Shown one piece after another: positions 8,183 through 17,226 of a DNA stretch of 58,564 nt. This DNA is from Planctomycetota bacterium. GTDB taxonomy: Bacteria; Planctomycetota; Planctomycetia; Pirellulales; UBA7805. The stretch's first letter is position 1. Every line of letters starts with the position of its first letter. Under the pieces are notes generated by a model, which was not told the DNA's origin, made no database searches, and saw only the letters and a list, made by a program, of their open reading frames with translations. The position numbers and the translations under genes were made by a program. The stretch spans positions 1 to 58,564 of the forward strand of contig JAYYJN010000130.1 in assembly GCA_036146215.1 (NCBI GenBank), read 5' to 3'.

Positions 8183-11100
8183 GTGCCGATTCTTTACGCG
8201 CTGCGAAAAGCAATGCGCTGTTTGACATTGCGTCAATTAATGGGCCGTCTATTCGGGTGGCACCTCGTGGCGACGCTATGCCTGCTCTGGTTGCTTGGCA
8301 AATCCGATCTTCAACCAAGTGGAATCGCGTCTGCTTCAGAGATGGGCCGTTCAACGATGCGATTGCGCATTGCCTGGGGTGGTGGAACAGCGACGTCATG
8401 GCAGGGGAAGTTTTCAGTAAACGGAGGCGAAATTGTAGATCATGAGGCTTTGGGGGTTAGTGAAGATGAACCCGGTTCAATGTGGATCGAGGCAGGAATC
8501 CTGCATGTGGCAGAGAAATCTTCTCGCGAATATGACGGTGTCGACATTGCGATTAAGGGATCGCTGGAGAGTGATCTGACTGTTTCGCTAATCGCTGGCG
8601 GGCAGGAGCAAAATATTCCTCCCCTGATCATCCCTTTAAAAGAATTAATCGAACAGCCGTTTCACGATCGGATCGGTCCGGAATCGTTGGGCAATCAGAT
8701 CATGATACAACGTCAACCCGGTGATCGCCTGCGGGTCAACTTCCAAAACCGTTCGCTCCTGTTCGGACCGTCTGAAAAATTTGAGCTTCAATTGACGCCG
8801 CATCTCCTCGGTTTGGAGGTAAACTCGAGGGTTACACTGCATTCACGGATCTTGGTCGCGCGAAGCGACCAAGAAGTTGCTCAGCAGATAATCGATTTCA
8901 AAGCTCCCGATGATGAACAGCGTTATCCATCACTGCCGCTTCAATTTGAATTGCCTGAGGAAGAAGGCGTTTATGATCTTGTGCTCACAGTAAAACAAGC
9001 AGGGGAACGATTTTCGCCTACGAATCCATTTCGAAGTTCAGAGCAGGTGATTGCCGAAAGAAAAGTGCAATTTGTGGTTCTTCGTGACAGCAGTAAAACG
9101 CAATACAATCAGGCAGCGGCGACACCACCCGGAAATGTTGTTACCGAGATTCTTCCAACAAACCCGTGGTGGAAAAAAGTAAGCCAGATTCCAACGTTGG
9201 CCGGGTTCAAGGACGGCCCGATTCGTCACGGAGAAATTCAACTTTGGCAGCATCCAACGCTCGGCGCATGGACTCGCTTGGCTGCGTCACCAAACGATCC
9301 GCAAACCGTCTGGGCTGCCTATCCTCTGACGGTCTTTCAACCGGGGCAGCCGCATGTGTGGGAGGTTGAATATCCATCTGACATTTCCCAGTCGATGGGT
9401 GTAAGTTTACTGGAACCTGACGCGGCGGGAAATCTATTGCCTCTGGGTATCGATTCGGGCATTGTGGTTAACGATCAGGGAAATGGCGATCGGCCGACCA
9501 TCGCAACGCACCAGATGATCTTCTGGCCGAAGACAAAGAATCCTTTTGTGTTAATTACCAATGCCCGTCGTGATGCGCCTGCTGTTCATGGTGCGATTCG
9601 CGTGCGGGGTCCCCGTGCCACCGTTTTTCCAGGTATTGGTCGACCCGCGATGAGGAGTTCCTCGCTTCCTTCCCTGTTCTCATTCGATACTTTGCCAGAT
9701 GAGCGACTCTTCGCCGGTTATATGGGAGAACCACTGTTTCCCGAGAATTTCTCTGGGACAGAATTTCTCGATCAGCAGCGATCCCTCGATGATTGGGTTA
9801 CCTTTTACGAGGCGAGCACCCGTTTGGTGCAGTACCTTAAATACAGTGGTTACAACGCGTTGGTATTGTCTGTTCTGGCGAGGGGTGGTGCTATCTATCC
9901 CAGCGATCGATTACAGGCGACGCCCCGATATGATACCGGTATTTTTGCCTCGACAGGGCAAGATCCGATTCGCAAAGATGTTTTAGAATTACTGCTACTT
10001 CTATGTGATCGAGAGGGGATTCAACTGATCCCGTCATTACAGTTTTCAACGCCTCTTCCGGTGCTTGAAGAGAAGCGGCGCGAAGCTGGCAATCAAAAAA
10101 CGGGAATCCTTCTGACCGATGCAAAGGGCCGGATCTGGCGCGATCCGTATGCGAGTGACGGAAACGTAAATCTGATTCGATACAACCCGCTGCACGCAGA
10201 TGTCCAGCAAGAGGTGCTTCAAATTGTCCGCGAAATGATCGATCGTTATGGAACACATCCATCGTTCGCAGGATTGGCGGTCGACCTTTCGGGCCATGGT
10301 TGTACAGTCTTTCCCGGTCCCACCTGGGGTCGCGATCCGGTGACTTACCAGCATTTTTTAGACTCGCGCGAGAATGCACTAACAAATGCAAATACAGACG
10401 GCCCGGATGCGATCGATGAAGAAAGGGCTTGGTTGGAATGGCGTGCAAATCGACTTGGTGAATTCCATAGTAAGTTGTCAGCGCAATTGCGTGCCGATTG
10501 TCCTCAGGCAAAACTCTTTATTGCCACAGCGGGAGTTGAAGTTAGTCCCGATCTTTCTGAACGATTGCGACCGTCACTTCCGAATCAAGTGACGCCGGAA
10601 CAACTACTGTTAGGGGTCGGTCTCGCAGCGAAGAATTACCGGCACCCGCGCAGTGGCATTGTCTTGCTTCAATCAAGAGTGATGGCGGCGGACTTTTCCC
10701 ATATCGATCCTGCCGCCGCACAAGAGGTCGGTCGTTCTCTCTCTTGGGACCAAACCTTTGCGGAGATAGATTCAGTGGGGCACTTTCTTCAAAGTCGACC
10801 ACGATCCATCCGGCTCCCCTCGTTTGAGAAGCAAAGTCCTTTTGGCAAGGAGGCAACTTTTCTTGCCCTCGCACCGCATCTTGTACCGACCGGCGCCGAC
10901 AGTCGCGAGCTTTTGGTTCGCGATTTAGCTCGCGCCAATCTGGATACGATTTTGATTGGTGGTGCGATGCTCCCCCTGGGTCAGGAAGATGCATGTCGAT
11001 CCATCGTGACTGCTTATCGTCAATTGCCCAAGGGGCAATCCTTCGATGTCGCGGGGCGCCATGACCCTCTCGTTATTCGAAAGCTTATCGCAGATGGGGC

Positions 11101-12079
11101 AAGTTACCTGACATTCACCAATCCATCGTCATGGCCTTGTCGGGTCGCTTTGCAACTTGGTCAAGCAGAACTACCCGTCATGAAGCATCTGTCGCTTGCC
11201 AGTGCGCCAGAAGTGCTCAGCGATGGTCGCATTCAACTGAATTTGCAACCCCATGATTTCCGAGCAATTCATTTTGAACAAGCCGAATTGGATGTCGTGA
11301 ACGTGGAGGTTTCGATGCCCGCCAATGTTCGTAATTTGTTAGAAAAACGAATTAATGAACTTGCAGACCGCACAAGTCAGTTGAAAAATAGGCCGACATT
11401 TGATGTTCTTAGAAATACCACGTTTGAAACTGAGGACACGATCGGATGGCAAGCAGAGCAAAAAGGTACTCTGGTGGTCGACGCCAATGAAGCTCACACA
11501 GGACAAAGTTCTCTTCGTTTTGAAAATACAGTCGTCAGGAGTCATTCCTTTTCACCTCCCGTCACCGGCCGCCTGTCATTTTCTGTTTGGTTGAAAGCAT
11601 CGGATGACGCGTTACACCCGCTGCGAATGGGGATCGAGGGGAAGCATAAAAATCAGGCCTTTTATCGCTATGGAGAGATCACAGTTGGTTCGGAATGGAA
11701 GATGTTTGAATATCAAATTGATGATTTACCGCTGGCAGATTTAGGTCCACTCACGATACGATTTGAACATGCAGACCAAGGAAACGTTTGGCTTGATGAC
11801 ATCGTTGTTTCAGATTTATATTTCAGCGAAAATGAAAGAAAAGAACTTGCGAGGCTGATTACTCAGGCACATTTTTCGCTTATGGAAGGAAATTTTGTTG
11901 AGTGCGGAAGATTGCTCGATGGGTATTGGCCCCGATTTCTCCAACGCTATGTTTCGCTTCCTGCAACAAAAGTCGCAGTTCGACCGATGATTGATCCACC
12001 ACGCGTTCCGGTCGAAGAAGCAAAGGCCACTGTCACTGAACAGCCATGGTGGAAGAAATTTCCCGGCCTGCTTCGTTAA
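8183..12079 (+). CDS. Large (1298 aa) exported hypothetical protein with central TIM-barrel glycoside-hydrolase-like (GHL10/DUF187-like) region and C-terminal CBM/galactose-binding-like module
   Basis: GTG start at 8183 sits 7 nt after GGAGG (8171-8175). Hydrophobic N-terminus LVATLCLLWLLG. The GHL-like segment reads YNALVLSVLARGGAIYPSDRL...REGIQLIPSLQF...YNPLHADVQQEVLQIVREMIDRYGTHPSFAGLAVDL. The C-terminal TFETEDTIGWQAEQ...SLRFEN...GNVWLDDIVVSDLY resembles CBM4/9-type modules. Confidence 0.6.
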   Translation: MPILYALRKAMRCLTLRQLMGRLFGWHLVATLCLLWLLGKSDLQPSGIASASEMGRSTMRLRIAWGGGTATSWQGKFSVNGGEIVDHEALGVSEDEPGSMWIEAGILHVAEKSSREYDGVDIAIKGSLESDLTVSLIAGGQEQNIPPLIIPLKELIEQPFHDRIGPESLGNQIMIQRQPGDRLRVNFQNRSLLFGPSEKFELQLTPHLLGLEVNSRVTLHSRILVARSDQEVAQQIIDFKAPDDEQRYPSLPLQFELPEEEGVYDLVLTVKQAGERFSPTNPFRSSEQVIAERKVQFVVLRDSSKTQYNQAAATPPGNVVTEILPTNPWWKKVSQIPTLAGFKDGPIRHGEIQLWQHPTLGAWTRLAASPNDPQTVWAAYPLTVFQPGQPHVWEVEYPSDISQSMGVSLLEPDAAGNLLPLGIDSGIVVNDQGNGDRPTIATHQMIFWPKTKNPFVLITNARRDAPAVHGAIRVRGPRATVFPGIGRPAMRSSSLPSLFSFDTLPDERLFAGYMGEPLFPENFSGTEFLDQQRSLDDWVTFYEASTRLVQYLKYSGYNALVLSVLARGGAIYPSDRLQATPRYDTGIFASTGQDPIRKDVLELLLLLCDREGIQLIPSLQFSTPLPVLEEKRREAGNQKTGILLTDAKGRIWRDPYASDGNVNLIRYNPLHADVQQEVLQIVREMIDRYGTHPSFAGLAVDLSGHGCTVFPGPTWGRDPVTYQHFLDSRENALTNANTDGPDAIDEERAWLEWRANRLGEFHSKLSAQLRADCPQAKLFIATAGVEVSPDLSERLRPSLPNQVTPEQLLLGVGLAAKNYRHPRSGIVLLQSRVMAADFSHIDPAAAQEVGRSLSWDQTFAEIDSVGHFLQSRPRSIRLPSFEKQSPFGKEATFLALAPHLVPTGADSRELLVRDLARANLDTILIGGAMLPLGQEDACRSIVTAYRQLPKGQSFDVAGRHDPLVIRKLIADGASYLTFTNPSSWPCRVALQLGQAELPVMKHLSLASAPEVLSDGRIQLNLQPHDFRAIHFEQAELDVVNVEVSMPANVRNLLEKRINELADRTSQLKNRPTFDVLRNTTFETEDTIGWQAEQKGTLVVDANEAHTGQSSLRFENTVVRSHSFSPPVTGRLSFSVWLKASDDALHPLRMGIEGKHKNQAFYRYGEITVGSEWKMFEYQIDDLPLADLGPLTIRFEHADQGNVWLDDIVVSDLYFSENERKELARLITQAHFSLMEGNFVECGRLLDGYWPRFLQRYVSLPATKVAVRPMIDPPRVPVEEAKATVTEQPWWKKFPGLLR

Positions 12080-12124
12080 TCATTGTTCGCCGGGGGCTTG
12101 TCTCCAACACCATTACTTTTGCAC

Positions 12125-12469
12125 TTATCCAGGCGGCCATTGGAGTGCGCGGCCGCCCATCAGGTGATAATGCAAATGGTCTACCTCTTGACCTCCATCA
12201 TTGCCACAATTGACGACAACACGATAACCGTTTTTAAGTCCGATTTGGTCTGCCAGCTTGCGGATGACACTCCACAGGTGGGCAACCAGCGGACCGTCTT
12301 CGTCCGTGAGATCCGCGACTGAGCGAATGGGTTTCCTTGGAATTATCAAAATGTGAGTGGGAGCTTGCGGCGCAATGTCGTGAAATGCAAGACACTGCGA
12401 ATCTTCATAAACGATGTCCGCAGGAATTTCTCCAGCAATAATTTTTTGAAAGACATTCTGCTCAGGCAT
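12125..12469 (-). CDS. HIT-family (histidine triad) nucleotide hydrolase/transferase
   Basis: MPEQNVFQKIIAGEIPADIVYED...HILIIPRKPI...QEVDHLHYHLMGG (H-x-H-x-H-x-x motif). The ATG at 12469 is chosen over the longer ORF start at 12526. Confidence 0.9.
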   Translation of the reverse strand: MPEQNVFQKIIAGEIPADIVYEDSQCLAFHDIAPQAPTHILIIPRKPIRSVADLTDEDGPLVAHLWSVIRKLADQIGLKNGYRVVVNCGNDGGQEVDHLHYHLMGGRALQWPPG

Positions 12470-12722
12470 TGCTATTTTCCAGCTTGATTGCTTCGTCATT
12501 GAGCATCGCAGGGATCCCATCCACAATGGGATAAAGGACTTGTCGATCTTCTCGGATCAAGCCGCCATCAAGAGGCCGCGTCAGGGTGTTTCCACCCGCA
12601 TTTTGAATCTTTCCCTGCTGGATGTCCAAATTCAGATCAGCGATTATTTGATCATCGGCTATTGCCAGTGGTTGTGCTGATTCCGGACAGATGAGCAATT
12701 TCAAAAGGTCTGGGTCTAACAC
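12462..12722 (-). CDS. Trm112/UPF0434-family small protein
   Basis: LLKLLICPESAQPL ... LYPIVDGIPAMLNDEAI pattern of Trm112p-like proteins. Only one Cys of the usual Zn-ribbon is retained. It overlaps the HIT gene start by 8 nt. Confidence 0.7.
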   Translation of the reverse strand: MLDPDLLKLLICPESAQPLAIADDQIIADLNLDIQQGKIQNAGGNTLTRPLDGGLIREDRQVLYPIVDGIPAMLNDEAIKLENSNA

Positions 12723-12809
12723 GTGGAGATCATCCTCGAAGCACGAAATAAAATGCCAATATTCCTCGGCAATATAGCAGGCGGGGTGTCATTTGCGAAT
12801 CGGTCATCT

Positions 12810-13667
12810 TCAACGGCGAAACTGCGATCTGAATTTTGAAGGTGGCATCCCCCGGCGACGAAGAAAGCAACGATTGAAATTTGACAAGTTGGTAAAACCA
12901 GACTCGAAACAGATTTCAGTGATTGGTTTGGCCGACTCAGCAAGCATCCTGCATGCGTGTCCGATGCGAAGATCATTGACGTAATCAACCAATGTGGTGC
13001 CTGTTGCCTGACGGAAATTTCTGTTGAAAGCAGCCCGGCTCAAATCGGCTGCCTGTGCCAAATCATTTTGACGTAGCGGTCTTTGGAAATCTCGATGGAT
13101 AGTTTCCAGGATCTGGGAAATTTTGGGCGAGATGCTTCGCTGTTGCGGAATAGCGTAGGCTTTGCTTGCCAGGGACCGTGTCTGTTTAGCAACCGAAAGC
13201 TCCTCTAGGATGTTGAGCATCGCGGAGAGTTTTTGCGCAGGCCGTAGCTTGACCAGATTTTCAAGTTGTTTTGCCACAACCGTTCGGTGACGCCCCAGAA
13301 TTTGCACCCCGTATCTTGCGCGTGTTAGCAATTGTCGGACAAGACTCAGCTCTTTGCACTCACCGATGGCCGTCCCCAGAAAAGTGTCCAAAAATTGGAT
13401 GACGATTGCCCGACGTTGCTTTGAACCGGGGCTCGAAGGCCCGCTCCGCCAAGTATGCGGTAAAAGAGGGCCCAGCAGCACCAGATCTCCTTCACGAAAG
13501 TCCGCGATGTGATCCCCGACGAATCTTCGACCACGTCCCGAAGTAATCAATGTGAGTTCGAACTCGGGATGATAGTGCCACGCAAACGGGAACTGGCGTT
13601 CTTGTCGGACGAACGCCCTGAATGATGCGTTATGCGGTTTACGGATTTTCTCAAGCTGTGGTTGCAT
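12810..13667 (-). CDS. AraC-family transcriptional regulator (N-terminal cupin, C-terminal HTH)
   Basis: Cupin-like WHYHPEFELTLITSGRGRRFVGD. C-terminal AraC HTH: DLAQAADLSRAAFNRNFRQATGTTLVDYVNDLRIGHACRML...ITEICFESGFTNLSNFNRCF. Confidence 0.85.
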   Translation of the reverse strand: MQPQLEKIRKPHNASFRAFVRQERQFPFAWHYHPEFELTLITSGRGRRFVGDHIADFREGDLVLLGPLLPHTWRSGPSSPGSKQRRAIVIQFLDTFLGTAIGECKELSLVRQLLTRARYGVQILGRHRTVVAKQLENLVKLRPAQKLSAMLNILEELSVAKQTRSLASKAYAIPQQRSISPKISQILETIHRDFQRPLRQNDLAQAADLSRAAFNRNFRQATGTTLVDYVNDLRIGHACRMLAESAKPITEICFESGFTNLSNFNRCFLRRRGMPPSKFRSQFRR

Positions 13668-13833
13668 CTACTGCAGGTTCCGATTTCGTAATTCGGTTAA
13701 CTTTCAACGCTCGCAAAGGCCTAGCGGTGATTTATCGCTTGAGGAGGTAAAACCCAAAATTAGAACCCGGAAAACTTATTTTCGGTTAGCCATTTCTGGA
13801 AAAACAAAACCTTTCGACGGTTTATGCATTTGC

Positions 13834-14958
13834 CTACTCCGAAACTGTTTTTCCCCATGGCTGCCCGAGGGCACATCGGACTAGCAGGTCGGCCTCGATG
13901 GCGACAGTGTCGGGAGCGTCGGCAGCTGAAATACGATCTTCGAGTGGCGTGCTGAAGAATTCCAGTAGTGTTTTTTCTATCGCCATCGCATCGCCCCAAG
14001 GATAAGTGATGACACCTTCCGGGTGATCTCCAGTGTCATCCGCGATGACCGGTGTGCCCAAATAAATCGATTCTCGAATCGAGGAACTTGTTCCCTCTTG
14101 GCGGTTCGAACGGAGATAGACCTGACATTTGCGCAAAAGGCTAAGAAAAATTTCGTGGGTGACCGTTCCGACGATTAAGCAGCAGCCCGTCAATTTAAAT
14201 GCATCTAACTGTTGCAACAACGCATCATGATTTCCTTTGGCTCCCGTAATGATCACGCCCACATCGGAATACCTTTCACGCAGTCCCGCTACAGCTTTAA
14301 ATAACGATTCGATCGCATACTCGGGGCGAATCTCTAAATATGTGAAGATCCGAGGAGAGCGCCCGCTCAAAAAAGCATCCATCTCCGCGGGAAGGGGTAC
14401 CGGTTCTGCTGAAATATATTGTTTGCTGAAGGGGGTGATCGGGATAATTTTATCAGGATTGATCGAATAATCGACAATCAGTTTTTTCACATCCTGATTG
14501 TTACAAATCACAAGTTTAGGAATCGCGAATAGCAAGCGTAAGATAGGCGCCATCAGTCGTGATTGGGCCTTTGGAAAAAATCGCTGCTTAGTGCCCGCGT
14601 GCAGGGTGAGTATAGGTCTGCGAAATGCCAGTAAGCTCAGCAGGTAGGCGATGCCGGAAAGCAAGAACCCTTTAGGTGAGCTACCGTTCGCGTGCATATG
14701 TATGACATAGCCAAGCCTTAAGTAACGACAAATTTTACGAACGTATTCCCAGCCGCTGCGGACACACTCGTATTCATCACTGGGGACGCGGCGATTTTCA
14801 CCGAGGTTTAAAGGTACGCATTGATGTCCGGCCTCGTCTAACGCTTTTCGCACGAAATAAAGCCGTGTACCCCAACCGCAGAAAGGCGGCGGGTAGACTC
14901 CGATTTCCAAAATTTTTACCGGTTGAGCAATCTTCGGATCTTCGATGTTGTTTTTCAC
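13834..14958 (-). CDS. Glycosyltransferase (GT-B fold, GT4-like)
   Basis: N-terminus KILEIGVYPPPFCGWGT. C-terminus QEGTSSSIRESIYLGTPVIADDTGDHPEGV resembles the GT4 donor-binding region. Confidence 0.7.
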   Translation of the reverse strand: MKNNIEDPKIAQPVKILEIGVYPPPFCGWGTRLYFVRKALDEAGHQCVPLNLGENRRVPSDEYECVRSGWEYVRKICRYLRLGYVIHMHANGSSPKGFLLSGIAYLLSLLAFRRPILTLHAGTKQRFFPKAQSRLMAPILRLLFAIPKLVICNNQDVKKLIVDYSINPDKIIPITPFSKQYISAEPVPLPAEMDAFLSGRSPRIFTYLEIRPEYAIESLFKAVAGLRERYSDVGVIITGAKGNHDALLQQLDAFKLTGCCLIVGTVTHEIFLSLLRKCQVYLRSNRQEGTSSSIRESIYLGTPVIADDTGDHPEGVITYPWGDAMAIEKTLLEFFSTPLEDRISAADAPDTVAIEADLLVRCALGQPWGKTVSE

Positions 14959-15263
14959 GATACGTTGCTACGGATCCCAAAAGGTCATAGAAATGGAGAC
15001 TGCGGTTGTACGACGATATGCTGGCAAGTGTATCGCAACTTTACCACCCGGGGCCGACGACGGTAGCTTTTCTTTCGATTTTTGATCATTTTAACCAGTT
15101 GGACGGTCCTTGAGATACGCGGGCAGGAATGTTCAGAAATTTCGCTCACGGCTAAAAATTAACGGCATCTCAATCTCTGTCACAAGACACGACCAGCCAA
15201 GAAACACAATGGCATCCATACACCCGATATTCAGGGCCACTGATTTGCCTGGTGCTGCTATGG

Positions 15264-15893
15264 ATGACGCGAGGACAAAAATTGCGCATCTTTATTTCTG
15301 TGTGCCTGTTTGAGGGGGGGCTGGGCGTTGTGGCCTGGATCCTCGGTTGGCTGAGTGGATGCTCGCCGCTGACGACAATCGAGTTCACCACGATGAGCTT
15401 TGGTTGGGGTGTTTTAGGTACTCTTCCTTTGATCTTGTTCCTTTTGCTGCTCGAAAGACCTGGCTGGTCCGCGTTCGTGGAAATACGAAGGGTGGTGCAG
15501 GAGCTACTAGTGCCCCTGTTTCACGAGTTTTCAATCTGGCAGCTTTTTTGCGTCGCGTTGCTCGCCGGCATCGGTGAAGAGTTGTTTTTTCGCGGTTTTA
15601 TTCAAGGTGGACTAGCCATTTTACTTATGCAATTCGATTTGCCTGGTGCCTCGCTGACTGCGCTGTTTCTTGCAAGTGCCCTTTTCGGTGTGATGCATCC
15701 GATTACGCGGACCTATGCACTACTATGCATGCTAGCGGGGCTCTATTTGGGAGCAATTTGGCTTTGGACTGGCAACTTGCTCGTTCCGATCCTGATCCAT
15801 GCGATCTATGATTTTTTCGCGCTGTGTTATCTTCTCCGCAAATCACATCGCAACCCCATACTCAACCCCGATAACGCTGCAACGGAGGTATGA
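15264..15893 (+). CDS. CPBP-family intramembrane glutamic endopeptidase (CAAX protease-like)
   Basis: Motifs GEELFFRGFIQG (EExxxR), FGVMH (FxxxH) and HAIYDF (HxxxD). Multiple hydrophobic helices. Confidence 0.85.
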   Translation: MTRGQKLRIFISVCLFEGGLGVVAWILGWLSGCSPLTTIEFTTMSFGWGVLGTLPLILFLLLLERPGWSAFVEIRRVVQELLVPLFHEFSIWQLFCVALLAGIGEELFFRGFIQGGLAILLMQFDLPGASLTALFLASALFGVMHPITRTYALLCMLAGLYLGAIWLWTGNLLVPILIHAIYDFFALCYLLRKSHRNPILNPDNAATEV

Positions 15894-15919
15894 TCCGACG
15901 CCAAATGACTTTGGAAAGG

Positions 15920-17125
15920 CTATAAGTTGAATTGCTTATCAGCCATTTCAGCAATTGTTTCACCGATGCTGATCGATGCAGTGGCCGCAGGAGAAGGTGC
16001 GTTGAGAACATGGATCATGCGATCGCTCTGTTCGATGCAGAAATCATCGACCATAGCACCATTCGGCTGAAGCGCTTGCGCGCGGATACCGCTGCCTGAT
16101 GCGTAGACATCCTCCATTTGCAGTTCCGGAATCAGGCCGCGGAGCGAGCTGACAAAGGCTCTCTTTGAGAGCGAACGAGCCATTTCACCGACCCCCATTT
16201 TCCAGTGCTGAGAGATCAGCCGCCAGAAGCCACCGAAGCCAAGTGTTTCAAGCGTGTCGCGTGGTGAAACAGAATACTTGCCGTAGCCTTCGCGGGCCAA
16301 TGCCAACACAGCATTCGGGCCTGCCTCGACTCCACCACCGATCATCCGCGTGAAGTGAACGCCCAAAAAAGGGTACCGTGGATCGGGAACGGGATAAATG
16401 AGGTTGCGTACGAGATCGGTTTTCGATTCAATCAATTCGTAATAGTCACCACGAAAGGGAACAATTTTGATTGCAGGCCGCTCACCGCACATTCTCGCTA
16501 CTCGATCACTCTGGAGTCCCGCGCAATTAATCAGATGTCTGGTTTGGATTTCTTCCTGCGCGGTTTCCAACACGATCTCGCTGCCACGAATCTGCACACC
16601 ACAAAGCCGGCGATCTTTGCGAATCTCTCCACCGCCAGCTGCAGATAATTCGCCGAATTTTTCAGCTACTTGCACATAATCGACGATTCCAGTCTGAGGA
16701 ACATGAAGACCTCCCACACCGACAACGTGGGGTTCATACTCCTTAAGTTCGGCAGCCTCAAGTCGACGGATGCCGGTCAATCCATTTTCTTTTCCTCGCG
16801 TGAGAAGATTTTCTAACGCGGGAAGTTCCGCCTGTTTTGTGGCCACCACAATTTTTCCACAGTTATCATGCGCAATGCCGTATTCCTTACAGAAGCGGTA
16901 CATCGCTTCGCGCCCTTCCGCACAATTCTTCGCTTTGCTCGATCCCGGTTTGTAGTAAAGCCCCGAGTGAATGACGCCGCTGTTGTGGCCTGTTTGATGG
17001 GCCGCCAGCGTACCCTCGGCTTCGATCACTAGCAGTCGCCCCTTTTGTTTTTTTGTCAGCGCAAGTGCCGTTGCCAGGCCAACGATACCGCCACCGATGA
17101 TCGTGATGTCAAAAGGTTTAGACAT
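15920..17125 (-). CDS. lhgO: L-2-hydroxyglutarate oxidase/dehydrogenase (FAD-dependent)
   Basis: DITIIGGGIVGLATA, HQTGHNSGVIHSGLYYKPGS, NCGKIVVAT, FRGDYYEL, LIYPVPDPRYPFLGVHFTRMIGGGVEAGPNAVLALAREGY and NAPSPAATASI are collinear with E. coli LhgO as I recall it. Confidence 0.9.
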   Translation of the reverse strand: MSKPFDITIIGGGIVGLATALALTKKQKGRLLVIEAEGTLAAHQTGHNSGVIHSGLYYKPGSSKAKNCAEGREAMYRFCKEYGIAHDNCGKIVVATKQAELPALENLLTRGKENGLTGIRRLEAAELKEYEPHVVGVGGLHVPQTGIVDYVQVAEKFGELSAAGGGEIRKDRRLCGVQIRGSEIVLETAQEEIQTRHLINCAGLQSDRVARMCGERPAIKIVPFRGDYYELIESKTDLVRNLIYPVPDPRYPFLGVHFTRMIGGGVEAGPNAVLALAREGYGKYSVSPRDTLETLGFGGFWRLISQHWKMGVGEMARSLSKRAFVSSLRGLIPELQMEDVYASGSGIRAQALQPNGAMVDDFCIEQSDRMIHVLNAPSPAATASISIGETIAEMADKQFNL

Positions 17126-17226
17126 TTGAGTAAGGCCCTGTGCAAAAAGTTATTTAAAGATTGTGAGCTGACGATTGTTAAAACGAATCTTCTAATCTTT
17201 GCAAGCGAAGAGCGACTTTTGTATCG

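Noticed and set aside
9891-10511. 206-aa minus-strand ORF inside the 1298-aa gene
   Set aside because: It is antisense to a much longer continuous ORF with an SD-supported start. Its composition looks like antisense translation.
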